DNA of 64,000 bases from an uncultured Verrucomicrobiae bacterium. Lineage in GTDB: Bacteria; Verrucomicrobiota; Verrucomicrobiia; Chthoniobacterales; JAFAMB01. Position 1 is the first letter of the stretch. Each line of letters starts with the position of its first letter. A program made the position numbers and the translations under genes. Shown piece after piece: positions 10,192 through 19,760 of the stretch. The notes below the pieces were generated by a model that worked only from the letters and a program-made list of their open reading frames with translations, ran no database searches and was not told the DNA's origin. The stretch spans positions 96,440-160,439 of the forward strand of contig CAVXLD010000014.1 in the NCBI GenBank assembly GCA_963762565.1. Reading direction: 5' to 3'.

Positions 10192-10286
10192 AAGCAGTAA
10201 GCGGTAAGCGGTAAGCAGTAAGCGGTGGGTCAGTATTCAGGCCGGGTTCCCGGTTTCCGAAGACTGCTTACTGCTTACCGCTTACT
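10192..10286. repeat. Palindromic module with GCAGTAA/GCGGTAA arms
   Basis: Arms at 10192-10226 and 10263-10286. Confidence 0.88.
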
Positions 10287-10497
10287 ATTCTTTCTGGCGA
10301 GACGGCTATTTCTGCGATTGATTTCGTAGATCCTCCCTCTCAACATCCAGTTTTGGGGGACGGGCGTACTTGAACGCCGACACACGAATGTGTTACCGAT
10401 GTCTTGAAATCCCTCCTATCGCCCCAGTCCTAACCCGATCCAGCGCGATCCTCTCACTTCTCACCAATCACCTCTCACCTCTCACGCCTTCGGTAAA

Positions 10498-10995
10498 ATG
10501 GACCTCGACCGCGATCTCGAAAAAATTGAGCTTCAAGAAAATGAACTGATTTTGCCCAAGTTCGATTTTGAGATCGCTTGGCAGATCGGCACCCGTTTAC
10601 ATGATCTCGGAATCGCTGGCCAATTCCCCATCGTGGTTGATGTCAGATATTTCGGCCAACCGCTGTTCTATAGCGCGTTGCCGGCCAGTGTCCCTGACAA
10701 TGCGGAATGGATCCGAAGAAAGAGCAATACCGTTGCGCGGTTTCATCGCAGTTCCTATCGAGTCGGCTTGATGCTACAGCAGGACGGCACCAATCTGTTC
10801 GATCGATACGCGTTGGCATCAACAGACTACGCGTCTCACGGAGGCGCGTTCCCCGTGCATGTTCGAGACTCTGGCGTGATCGGCTCCATCGGCGTTTCAG
10901 GTCTTCCTCAACGAGATGATCACGAGCTGGTCGTTGAAGCCCTTTGTTTGACGCTGGGCTGCGACTACGCCTCTCTCGCTTTACCCAAAGATTGA
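10498..10995 (+). CDS. Heme-degrading domain protein (UPF0303, GlcG/HbpS-like)
   Basis: DNAEWIRRKSNTV, YASHGGAFP, GVSGLPQRDDH. Confidence 0.88.
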   Translation: MDLDRDLEKIELQENELILPKFDFEIAWQIGTRLHDLGIAGQFPIVVDVRYFGQPLFYSALPASVPDNAEWIRRKSNTVARFHRSSYRVGLMLQQDGTNLFDRYALASTDYASHGGAFPVHVRDSGVIGSIGVSGLPQRDDHELVVEALCLTLGCDYASLALPKD

Positions 10996-11014
10996 GGTTC
11001 GCATATCGTTCTCT

Positions 11015-11128
11015 TCTCGTCCTTCCGACTTCGCCAACGCCTGGTTGTGGAGGGCGCCTCGCTTGCGAGGCCGACTTCGAGCGGTAGGCAACATACAGCG
11101 TGCGCTTCGTCGGACAGGCTGTCCTCGA
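11015..11128. repeat. About 110-bp dispersed structured repeat, copy 1
   Basis: TCGTCCTTCCGACTTCGCC...GCCTCGCTTGCGAGGCCGAC...GCTTCGTCGGACAGGCTG; also at 60541-60682 and 62036-62148. Confidence 0.9.
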
Positions 11129-11261
11129 AACGGCTCGGCGCACTTTTCGGCCTAATATTACGCTCGGCATCGAAGAATCTGTAGCCCTGGTGTTGTCTTG
11201 GGTTTTTGGGATCCTCGCCCCACCAGCGTTGACGGTGCTGTCGGCGTTGTTACGTTGGCAG

Positions 11262-11888
11262 ATGGACTCGGTATCCTCCGCCGTCTCCAGGCGTGAATTT
11301 TTGTACGCTGTTGCCGTTGCCGCGGCTCCAGTTGCGTTTCTCTCCCAGGTTCGATCAAGTCTCGCTCAGGATGGCGGCTCCGTGCTTTTGGAGCCTACGC
11401 CGGCGGTTAGTGACGATGATCTCGCAGTGACGCCTAAAGAAACTATCGGCCCTGCTTTTAAACCAAATTCGCCCTTGAAAGATAACTTTCGCGAATCCGG
11501 GGTTACCGGCGTTCTGGTGACCCTAACAGGGTTCGTGCTCAATCGGAAAGGGAAACCAATTAAAGGGGCAGTGCTCGACTTTTGGCACGCTGACGCCGAT
11601 GGCCAATACGATTTTACAGGATTTCGTTGCCGAGGACATCAGTTCAGTGAGGCAAACGGTAGATACGAGCTCCAAACCATCCTCCCGGGCATCTACCCGG
11701 CTAGAACCAGACACTATCACGTCCGGCTTCAAGCTCCACCCGGTCCGATCCTCACGACGCAACTCTACTTCCCTGGCGAACCTCGTAACTCGTCCGATTT
11801 CCTCTTCCGCCGAGATCTGTTGCTGAACGTTCGCGACGCTGATCAGGGCCGCCAGGCTAACTTCAATTTCGTCTTGGAAACCGCTTAG
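11262..11888 (+). CDS. Tat-exported intradiol ring-cleavage dioxygenase-like protein
   Basis: SRREFL Tat motif; DFWHADADGQY, RGHQ, TILPGIYPARTRHYHV, TTQLYFP; start reassigned to 11262. Confidence 0.85.
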   Translation: MDSVSSAVSRREFLYAVAVAAAPVAFLSQVRSSLAQDGGSVLLEPTPAVSDDDLAVTPKETIGPAFKPNSPLKDNFRESGVTGVLVTLTGFVLNRKGKPIKGAVLDFWHADADGQYDFTGFRCRGHQFSEANGRYELQTILPGIYPARTRHYHVRLQAPPGPILTTQLYFPGEPRNSSDFLFRRDLLLNVRDADQGRQANFNFVLETA

Positions 11889-11897
11889 CGTGGAAAA

Positions 11898-12090
11898 GTG
11901 ATTGGTGATTCGTGATTGGTGATTGGTGAAAAGACAGTGTTCCTCGGCGATTTGTTAGTGAATTGGCCCTCGACCCTGTCAGCTCAATCATATCGGCCTT
12001 ATCCTAAACATCCCCGTCCGCAAGGTATCGCTTCCGGGCGCCTTCCACCAATCACCAATCACTAATCACCAATCACCAATCACCTTTCAC
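11898..12090. repeat. Palindromic module with GTGATTG arms
   Basis: Arms at 11898-11929 and 12046-12090. Confidence 0.92.
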
Positions 12091-12188
12091 GGCTCCGCAC
12101 TATCTTTCCCTTGTGGCCGAGCGTCTTAACGAGAAATATCATCGGATCCTTATAAATCACCGTGCCGCCAATAAAACGAACTAAAACT

Positions 12189-13277
12189 ATGAAGCATTGG
12201 ATCAGGATCCCGTTCGCCTTTCTCGTCGCGTTTCTAATGATTAGGAGCGCCTCGGGCCAGAATACTCGGCTGGCCACGGCAACAGATGTGGCTCGTTATT
12301 TGGCAGGGATGCCAGTATCAGAGGGCTCGCCGCTAGCGCCACTCACTCGGGACCCGCAGTGGCTTGCGCATTCTAACGCGATGAATTTGTCGTTCGCGAA
12401 AATGGAAACGCGCCAACTGAATAATATTCGTACCTGGCGGGCAACGATGCTGGCGCCGGTGATCCCAAATGGGGTGTGTCTCTACCTTTTCGGGGGACCG
12501 GATTTTCTCTACGCTAACGTCTTTTTTCCGGACGCTCCTGCTTATGTTTTGCAAGGGTTGGAGACGATTGATTCGCTTCCGGACCTGCTCACACTTCCAG
12601 CCCAAGCTCTGGACGGCACTCTCCAGAACATCCAGATCTCTCTCAATAACGAACTCAACTACTCGTACTTTGAAACCAAGGACATGCGGGAGAATTTCTC
12701 CAGGTCCGAGCTAAAAGGTGTCTTACCCATCCTGTTTGTCTTTATCGCTCGATCGGGTATGTCGATCGCGAAAATTGATTATATCTCATTGGCGCCGAAT
12801 GGCGCCGTTATAGACGGATTCCGTTCCGCAGTGCGAGGAGTGCGCATCATGTTGGACGATCCTCGGACCGGGCGGGAGAAGAGCTTGTACTACTTTAGTG
12901 CGGATCTCTCGAATGGCGCTATGAGTCCAGGTATCGCCCGCTTCTGCTCGAACCTGGGCCCGACTAATTCTTTCCTAAAAGCTGCCTCCTATCTTATGTA
13001 CGAAGATAGTTTCAGCACGGTCCGTAACCTAATACTCGGCGTTAGCGGTTCGATAGTGGAAGATGACTCTGGTATTCCGGTTCGCTATCTTACCTCTGAT
13101 CGCTGGACCCTGCGGTTCTTCGGCTCCTACACGGGTCCGATCGATCTCTTCAAGAAGTATTACCAAACCGATTTATACCAGGATTACGGCACGAGTCATC
13201 CATCACCATTGACCTTCGGGTTCGGCTATCAAATCAATCGACGCAGCTCAAATTTGATCGTGGCCGTCAGGCATTGA
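12189..13277 (+). CDS. Secreted hypothetical protein
   Basis: Signal peptide from MKHWIRIP; motif-like segments YLFGGPDFLY, FLKAASYLM, EDDSGIP, FGFGY. Confidence 0.8.
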   Translation: MKHWIRIPFAFLVAFLMIRSASGQNTRLATATDVARYLAGMPVSEGSPLAPLTRDPQWLAHSNAMNLSFAKMETRQLNNIRTWRATMLAPVIPNGVCLYLFGGPDFLYANVFFPDAPAYVLQGLETIDSLPDLLTLPAQALDGTLQNIQISLNNELNYSYFETKDMRENFSRSELKGVLPILFVFIARSGMSIAKIDYISLAPNGAVIDGFRSAVRGVRIMLDDPRTGREKSLYYFSADLSNGAMSPGIARFCSNLGPTNSFLKAASYLMYEDSFSTVRNLILGVSGSIVEDDSGIPVRYLTSDRWTLRFFGSYTGPIDLFKKYYQTDLYQDYGTSHPSPLTFGFGYQINRRSSNLIVAVRH

Positions 13278-13279
13278 GA

Positions 13280-13431
13280 ATGACAAATTACAAATGACAG
13301 ATGACAAATCGAGGGTGCATAACGCCGAAAACGCGCGCCATGGTCCTCGATTCTAAATTCTCAAAATCCGCAACCCCGAATTCCTCAATCGGTCATTTGT
13401 CATCTGTCATTTGTCATCTGTCATTTGTCAT
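13280..13431. repeat. Palindromic module with ATGACAA/ATGACAG arms
   Basis: Arms at 13280-13309 and 13392-13431. Confidence 0.92.
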
Positions 13432-13603
13432 AGATAAGCTCCCTCATGCCTCAATCCGACCTATCAAGAACTCCGGAGAACCGGGAGATCAAACAGATCT
13501 CGACTTTGCCGACCGGCGAGATCGTCGCCCTTTGTACCGATAGCACGGTCTGGATCTACGCCGGCAGCAATTGGCGGAAACTGCCAGACCTGGGCGAAGC
13601 GCC

Positions 13604-13774
13604 ATGACAGATGACAAAATGACAGATGACAGATCGCGGCCGCCTAGCGCCGAGAACAGTGAAATGGCCACGATTGCAAATTCTCGAACTCCCGCCCGCA
13701 ACGCTTCGCGTAGCGATGCGGGCGCGGCCTTGAACTCCTGCAACTCCTCAATCTGTCATTTGTCATTTGTCATT
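13604..13774. repeat. Palindromic module with ATGACAA/ATGACAG arms
   Basis: Arms at 13604-13634 and 13751-13774; right arm supplies the stop codon of the DUF4260 gene. Confidence 0.92.
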
Positions 13775-14124
13775 CCCCCGAGGTGCGTATCGCGAAACCC
13801 CGTTGGATACTTCAGTCCAAAGTCTAGGACCCGATCGAGACCGATATGTGCTGTCCAGATGAGGGCATATGGTAACACCCACAGAGACCGCGTCAGGTAA
13901 GCGTATGCGATCAACAGGAAGGGACCGATCAACGTGTGCACCAGATTGTAACAGATCGTTCCGAGTCGGACGCCGCGCAGATAGCCGAGCATAGACAGAT
14001 CAGGCACGAGCAATAACACGACAAAGAGAAGCCAATCGGCATGGATCACCTGATAGAAAATTAGACTGAGCGCCAGATCTAAGCCGCCTTCAAGTCGAAG
14101 AAGAAACCCGGGTTTGGTGAACAC
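13756..14124 (-). CDS. DUF4260 family membrane protein
   Basis: LLRLEG, PDLSMLGYL, YNLVH, AHIGLDRVLDFGLKYPTGFRDTHLG; GTG start at 14124. Confidence 0.88.
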   Translation of the reverse strand: MFTKPGFLLRLEGGLDLALSLIFYQVIHADWLLFVVLLLVPDLSMLGYLRGVRLGTICYNLVHTLIGPFLLIAYAYLTRSLWVLPYALIWTAHIGLDRVLDFGLKYPTGFRDTHLGGMTNDK

Positions 14125-14345
14125 GCCGGAGCTTAGAGGCGGCAGAGGATGAATAGCAGATAGCAAATCTGGTGCGAAGGAGCGACGAGGCGCGAACCGC
14201 GGGGAGGGCGCGCGTCCTCGCGCGCCGCGACACGTTCCAGACCTACGGGCGTATTTGATTCCTCGTCTGCCAAACGCGTTCGGCTCCGAGAACAATCCGG
14301 CAGCTGCCAGGCAGCTGCCCATGCGCGTCAAGATAAGGAGTCGAC

Positions 14346-15638
14346 TCATAAAGCTGCGAGTCTTTGAAAGAGGTTGGTTCGATCGGAACGGGAGTCATAA
14401 CGGCAAAAGTAAAAGAAATGTTGGAGCCAGTCTTGGTGAGGGGAAGCGGCAATTAAGGGAAGCAAACGACTCAAATAGGCAGCGATTTTGAGTGGACTGA
14501 GAGCGTTTAGTTCAACGCCCCAAGGCTGAAGGGCAAAAGCGGTCTGCAGCAAGGCAATGGCTAGTAGTTTTGCTAAGAGTTGAATCTGGACCCAGAGTGG
14601 ATTGCGAGCAGGAAGCTGACCGAGCTGAAAATGAGATTTCCAACTTTTGAAAAGCACTTCGATTTGCCACCGAGTGCTATAGACTTCCCAGAGTTGCTGA
14701 GCACTGAGTTGTTCAGGGGTGACGTTGGTTAATAGGATGGTCCAACCTAAAAGTTTGAGATAACGTTTGGTGAGCTTTAGCGAGCGATCTTTTTTGGCGT
14801 TGGCCCGAGCGCGCCGCCGACGCTGAGCGGCTAAGGCTGGGGGCAAGCGCAAAGCCACTAAACGCACCGGGAGTCGCTCTTCGGCGCCTAACAGCAGCTC
14901 GACACTGAGTTGACAATGGTTTTGGACTAAAGCCAAAAGCTCGACCGGCTTTTGAGTTTTGGGATCAAAGAAAACAAAATCGCTGCGGCAGCGACTCAAG
15001 AAATAGGCCCCGGCCTGGATGATCTGGCGCCAAACTTTAAAGACGGCGTAGCCCAAGTCGCGAATGACCAAGTCTCCGGGTTGGAGCAAACTTAAAATCA
15101 AGCTCGAGGCCTTCTGATCGTTGTCGGTCAGGGCACCGAGTTGGAAATGAAGCCAGCTTTGAGAACGCAGTTCAAAGACGGCTTGGATTTTGACGCTGGC
15201 AAGCTTTGCTTGGTGTTGATTACCACAAGCCGGAAAACAACTCGCCAGTCTGGGATGGAGGGCTAAAGCGGTGCTGTCCTGGAGCAAAACTCGGCCGAAA
15301 GGTTCCAACAGCCGACTGGGGCAAGAGCGGTGCATAAAATTGGCTAACAAGCTGGCCAAACAAAGTTGTAGAAAACCTAGCAGCCTTCTGTCGCAGCGCT
15401 GATGCAGAGCTTGTTTAGAGAACAGTCCCGCTTGCAAGGCACTTAATTGGGCCGCCCAGCTTTGGAAAGAATAGGCTGGGTAGCACAGACTCAAGAGGAT
15501 GGATTGAAGGAATGCTTCCAGAGAGAGTTTTTTAGGGCGACGTAAGACAAAACCAGAGCTTCTAGCCAAGGTTTGCAGAGGCAAATAGGAAAAGCGTTGC
15601 AGCATATGATATATAGTATAAAAACTATATATTTGCAC
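14346..15638 (-). CDS. IS4-family DDE transposase
   Basis: LLQDST, IRDLGY and YSTRWQIEVLFKSWKS (YREK) motifs. Confidence 0.95.
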   Translation of the reverse strand: MQIYSFYTIYHMLQRFSYLPLQTLARSSGFVLRRPKKLSLEAFLQSILLSLCYPAYSFQSWAAQLSALQAGLFSKQALHQRCDRRLLGFLQLCLASLLANFMHRSCPSRLLEPFGRVLLQDSTALALHPRLASCFPACGNQHQAKLASVKIQAVFELRSQSWLHFQLGALTDNDQKASSLILSLLQPGDLVIRDLGYAVFKVWRQIIQAGAYFLSRCRSDFVFFDPKTQKPVELLALVQNHCQLSVELLLGAEERLPVRLVALRLPPALAAQRRRRARANAKKDRSLKLTKRYLKLLGWTILLTNVTPEQLSAQQLWEVYSTRWQIEVLFKSWKSHFQLGQLPARNPLWVQIQLLAKLLAIALLQTAFALQPWGVELNALSPLKIAAYLSRLLPLIAASPHQDWLQHFFYFCRYDSRSDRTNLFQRLAAL

Positions 15639-15693
15639 CGCTTTTTTTCGCTCTCTTTCTTGCTCTTTAGAGCGTTAGACTTCTTTCCTAACC

Positions 15694-15885
15694 ATGGGCT
15701 ATCCGGTCAAACTCCAAAAAGTCGATCGTCCCACCAATCGCAGCTTCTATGTCAATTTGCCTGCCGCTCTGGCCGACGCTATTGAACTGGACAAAGGAGA
15801 AGAATTAGAGTGGTTCGTCGAAGACAAAAACACCCTCATCCTGCGTCGAAAGAAACCGACTAAGCCCCTCAAACTCAAGCACTAA
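15694..15885 (+). CDS. AbrB/MazE/SpoVT-like DNA-binding protein (IS passenger)
   Basis: VKLQKV...SFYVNLPAALADAIELDKGEELEW fits the swapped-hairpin pattern; stop codon abuts the TIR. Confidence 0.8.
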   Translation: MGYPVKLQKVDRPTNRSFYVNLPAALADAIELDKGEELEWFVEDKNTLILRRKKPTKPLKLKH

Positions 15886-15982
15886 CTCCTTATCTTGACG
15901 CCTATGGGCAGCTGCCGGACGCGGACGCGATCCCTCCCCCAGCGTTTCCCCGCGTCCCACATTTGCGTCGCTTTGCTATCTG

Positions 15983-16285
15983 CTATTTGCTATTCATTCT
16001 CTCCGCGAGCCACGCGAAGGCGTCTCTCTGCATCTCTTTATCGAACTTGTGTGGGCCGTCATAAAACTGTCCAACAGACCAGGATATCTCTTCACCAGCC
16101 AACCCATCCCGTTTCCAGCTGGTTTCTATCCTGACGTCCTCCGCCGCGGGGTTAGAACTGCTAAATCCGAGAATCTTACGGATTCGTTGCCTCGTCTCTT
16201 CGCCAGGCGAGGCCGCAGGGTACAAGTCCGCTTGTTTTTTCGCGGCCTCAACCCAATCACTATAAATCCCGAGATGAGTTCTCAT
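15983..16285 (-). pseudogene. Internally deleted alpha/beta hydrolase (dienelactone hydrolase/acetyl xylan esterase-like)
   Basis: N-terminal DGLAGEEISWSVG fused directly to C-terminal QFYDGPHKFDKEMQRDAFAWL; no nucleophile elbow; about 100 aa. Confidence 0.65.
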
Positions 16286-16302
16286 GGGTGGTTCTCCGGT
16301 CA

Positions 16303-16477
16303 ATCACAAATGACAGATTACAGATGACAAATTGCTGAACTGTATCGATTCTTAGAACTTCGTTGGTTGAAACGCACGGTTTCGCTCGCCTCGCGCCCTG
16401 GCATAAAGAGCCTTCTTGGACTCCTGCAACTCCTCGAACTCCTCAATTTGTCATCTGTCATCTGTCATTTGTCATTT
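16303..16477. repeat. Palindromic module with ATGACAA/ATGACAG arms
   Basis: Arms at 16303-16333 and 16445-16477. Confidence 0.9.
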
Positions 16478-16565
16478 ATGATTTCCTGGGCCCCTCCTGA
16501 CATAGGGTTGTCACACGCTTGACTAGCTTCGACTGTTCTTGTAGCGACCGATTAGCGTTGTTCAT

Positions 16566-18563
16566 GTGAAATGGTCGCCGGAATCGACCCAACAGAAGCT
16601 AGCAATCTATGGAAGGGATCTATCGACTCGTTCTCGTGCATCTATCTTGGCGGTGTCAGCTACGGCCACGTTCGCCTTCGCCGGTGAACCGACCCAGGAC
16701 TCAAAATCAGTCAGCGAAATCCCGCCAAACTTTACCGAACAGACCGGCAGCTTCGAGTACGTCCGCCGGACTGAGATGGTTCCGATGCGCGATGGCGTGA
16801 AGCTCTACACGGTCATTTTGATCCCCCGTGGGGCCAAACGGGCTCCGATCTTGCTGAGCCGAACACCCTACGACGCAGCGGAGAGGACAAAGATGCGACC
16901 CAGTGAGCATTTAGCAACCGTGCTCGGGGATTCGGATGTCGTTGATGACCTCGTTCTGCACGAAGGTTACATCCGGGTTCTCCAAGATGTGCGCGGCAAA
17001 TACCATTCGGAGGGTGACTACTTGATGAACCCGCCGCCGCATGGCACCCCGATCAACCCGACCAACGTGGATGACTCAACCGATGCGTATGACACGATTG
17101 ATTGGCTGGTGAAGAACACCCCGGAATCAAACGGCAAAGTCGGTATCTTAGGCATTTCCTACGATGGCTTCACGACGTTGGCTGCCCTCATCCATCCGCA
17201 TCCGGCCCTGCGGGCTGCGATGCCAATCAATCCTATGGTCGACGGTTGGATGGGCGATGACTGGTTTCATCAAGGCGCATTCCGAGAACTAGGAATTGAC
17301 TATTACTACGGTCAGGAGGCGGCACGGGACAACGAGCAGAAATGGTGGTCCGATCACTTCGATGATTATGAGTCTTGGCTGGCCGCCGGCTCGGTTGATG
17401 AAATGGCGCGCCGGCACGGGTTGGATCAGGTTGGGTTTTATCGGAAGATCAAGGCGCACCCGGCATACGATTCTTTTTGGCAGGCCCAGGCCATGGATAA
17501 GCTTTTGGCTAAAGAGCCGGTCTCAGTTCCGGTGATGCTGGTGGACAGCCTTTGGGATCAGGAAGACATTTACGGCGCAGTTCACGTTTACGCGGCAATC
17601 AAGCAAAAGGATACCGACCACAAAGTGTTCCTCGTGCTCGGACCGTGGTTCCATCACCAGGCGCGCCTGGATGGCAGCGCGATCGGCCCTATCAAGTTCG
17701 GGAGCGACACTGCGGCCTATTTTAGGGAACACCTAGTTCGCCCATTCTTTGATCATTTTTTGAAAGATGATGCGCCTCCGGCCGATCTGGCGCCCGTGAC
17801 CGCTTTTGAGACCGGAACAAACCGTTGGGAACGGTTGCCTACCTGGCCGGCGACCGAAGACCATAGTGAGATAGATCCGGCTTCGCTTTTTCTGCAGCCC
17901 AACGGCAAGCTCGGTTTCAACCGAGCACCCGCTGCCGAACCCGGCTTCGACGAGTATATTTCCGATCCAGCCAAGCCCGTGCCGTTTTTGCCCCGGCCGA
18001 TTCATATTGAAGGCGAAGAAGGATATCGAGATTGGCAAACTTGGTTGGTGCGGGATCAGCGTGAAGCCTCAGGTCGTACCGACGTTTTAACCTACACGTC
18101 GGATGTTTTGACGGCCCCTCTGAAAATCAGCGGCACGCCGGCCGTGAACTTGATAGCAGCTACCACCGGCACCGATGGCGATTTTGTCGTGAAGCTGATT
18201 GATGTTTATCCGGATGAGAACGGTCGCGATCCAAATATGGGTGGTTATCAACTGATGATCTCAGCCGATATTTTCCGCGGCCGCTATTACGAAGGCTTCG
18301 ATAATCCGAAGCCGATCCCGGCCAACGAAAAAGTCCATTTTCGATTTGAGCTACCGACGGCAAATCACGTCTTTTTGCCCGGCCATCGTTTGATGGTCCA
18401 GGTCCAATCTAGCTGGTTTCCGCTATACGATCGTAATCCGCAGACTTACGTTGATAATATCTTTCTGGCTAAGCCTACAGACTACAAGAAAGCAACGATC
18501 AGGGTATTCAACAACGGCCAAGACAGTAGTTTTCTTGAGTTACCAGTCGTCGCCCACCAATGA
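16566..18563 (+). CDS. CocE/NonD family hydrolase (alpha-amino acid ester hydrolase-like)
   Basis: VPMRDGVKL, RTPY, QDVRGKYHSEG, GISYDG nucleophile motif, GDDWFHQGAFR, VQSSWFPLYDRNPQ; start uncertain. Confidence 0.93.
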   Translation: MKWSPESTQQKLAIYGRDLSTRSRASILAVSATATFAFAGEPTQDSKSVSEIPPNFTEQTGSFEYVRRTEMVPMRDGVKLYTVILIPRGAKRAPILLSRTPYDAAERTKMRPSEHLATVLGDSDVVDDLVLHEGYIRVLQDVRGKYHSEGDYLMNPPPHGTPINPTNVDDSTDAYDTIDWLVKNTPESNGKVGILGISYDGFTTLAALIHPHPALRAAMPINPMVDGWMGDDWFHQGAFRELGIDYYYGQEAARDNEQKWWSDHFDDYESWLAAGSVDEMARRHGLDQVGFYRKIKAHPAYDSFWQAQAMDKLLAKEPVSVPVMLVDSLWDQEDIYGAVHVYAAIKQKDTDHKVFLVLGPWFHHQARLDGSAIGPIKFGSDTAAYFREHLVRPFFDHFLKDDAPPADLAPVTAFETGTNRWERLPTWPATEDHSEIDPASLFLQPNGKLGFNRAPAAEPGFDEYISDPAKPVPFLPRPIHIEGEEGYRDWQTWLVRDQREASGRTDVLTYTSDVLTAPLKISGTPAVNLIAATTGTDGDFVVKLIDVYPDENGRDPNMGGYQLMISADIFRGRYYEGFDNPKPIPANEKVHFRFELPTANHVFLPGHRLMVQVQSSWFPLYDRNPQTYVDNIFLAKPTDYKKATIRVFNNGQDSSFLELPVVAHQ

Positions 18564-19495
18564 AGACACTCCTTCTTTATGCCGTCGTAGTGCTGATTTG
18601 GGGTTCAACCTGGTTTGCCATAAAGCTTCAACTGGGCAGCGTCCCGAGCCAAGATTCCGTTGCTTACCGATTTGCCTTAGCCGCCTTGCTCCTATTCGCC
18701 TGGTGCTGGATTCGGCGTCTGCGGGTCAAATTCACTCTTCGCCAGCATTTTTGGTTAGTTCTCCAAGGAATCACCGTGTTCTCCAGCAATTACGCGCTGT
18801 TCTATGAAGCGGAGAAACACTTGGTGTCCGGAAGCGTCGCCATCATCTTTTCTCTGTTGGCTGTGTTCAATATCTTGAACAATTGGTTCTTCTTCAGGGT
18901 GAAACCAACGTACCAAGTCATTATTGGTGCGCTACTCGGCCTGTTCGGAATAGCCTTAACCTTTTGGCACGAACTCCTGAACCTGAGCTCAACCTCAGAC
19001 AACCTCTTAGGCATTATCTTGAGCGTGGTGGCTACGCTGGTGGCATCGTTTGGTAATATGGTCTTTGTCCGGCTGCGCAAAGATCAGATGCCCATTGTCC
19101 AAGGTAATGCGTTCGGGATGTTCTATGGAACTATCATACTTTTTGCCTACGCCTGTGTTGCCGGCGGCAAGTTCAGCTTTGATTTCGCTCCGGGCTATAT
19201 TTTCTCCCTGTTTTATCTGTCCCTTTTTGGCTCGGTGATCGCGTTTGGATGTTATTTAACATTGGTCGGACGCATTGGCGCCGACCGCGCTGCTTACAGC
19301 AGTATCCTGTTCCCAATCGTTGCTCTTTTTTTCTCGGCAGCATTCGAGGGCTACCGGCTCAATTTGCTGAGCGCCATCGGCATTGTTTTCGTTCTGATCG
19401 GAAATGCTTTGGTGCTCGCCCGTAAACAGCCTGCCAAGGCCACGCCGGCTTCCACCGGAGAAACACTCGATAGCGGCAAAGCTGTCGAAGTATAA
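18560..19495 (+). CDS. EamA/DMT family transporter
   Basis: LIWGSTW, about 10 TM segments, YLSLFGSVIAF. Confidence 0.92.
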   Translation: MKTLLLYAVVVLIWGSTWFAIKLQLGSVPSQDSVAYRFALAALLLFAWCWIRRLRVKFTLRQHFWLVLQGITVFSSNYALFYEAEKHLVSGSVAIIFSLLAVFNILNNWFFFRVKPTYQVIIGALLGLFGIALTFWHELLNLSSTSDNLLGIILSVVATLVASFGNMVFVRLRKDQMPIVQGNAFGMFYGTIILFAYACVAGGKFSFDFAPGYIFSLFYLSLFGSVIAFGCYLTLVGRIGADRAAYSSILFPIVALFFSAAFEGYRLNLLSAIGIVFVLIGNALVLARKQPAKATPASTGETLDSGKAVEV

Positions 19496-19760
19496 ACGAT
19501 CAAATCCGATTACCCACCAATCGGGGTAGCCTCATTTGCGCGGACTTGCAAAGGATGTTCCCCCCGCGCGAACAGCGTGTAGTCAACACCTACAGAAAGG
19601 CAGATTCAGCCTCCAGTTACAAACTGAAGTCGACACGAACGGTAGTACTTCAGTAACCTGCAGAATCTTGGAACGGATGGGAGCTGCCGAGTCCTTTGTA
19701 ACCGGCTCCGGCCATCGGTGAGTCTCCTTATACCAGAAGTCCAGGGTAGAACTCGATCCC

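Larger units (their letters stand above)
14320..15906 (-). mobile_element. Complete IS4-family insertion sequence (1587 bp)
   Basis: TIRs CATGCGCGTCAAGATAAGGAGT (14320-14341) and ACTCCTTATCTTGACGCCTATG (15885-15906), 20/22 match; 10-bp TSD GGCAGCTGCC at 14310-14319 and 15907-15916. Confidence 0.93.

Noticed and set aside
9541..10497. rimM/rpsP/khpA expected upstream of trmD
   Set aside because: No matching ORF recognised; only repeats and a 59-aa ORF of unknown status.
11100..11261. Long N-terminal extensions in the ORF track (also at 2576, 14349, 30743, 34671, 43484, 51890, 59210)
   Set aside because: They run through repeats or neighbouring genes; family motifs begin at the downstream starts used here.
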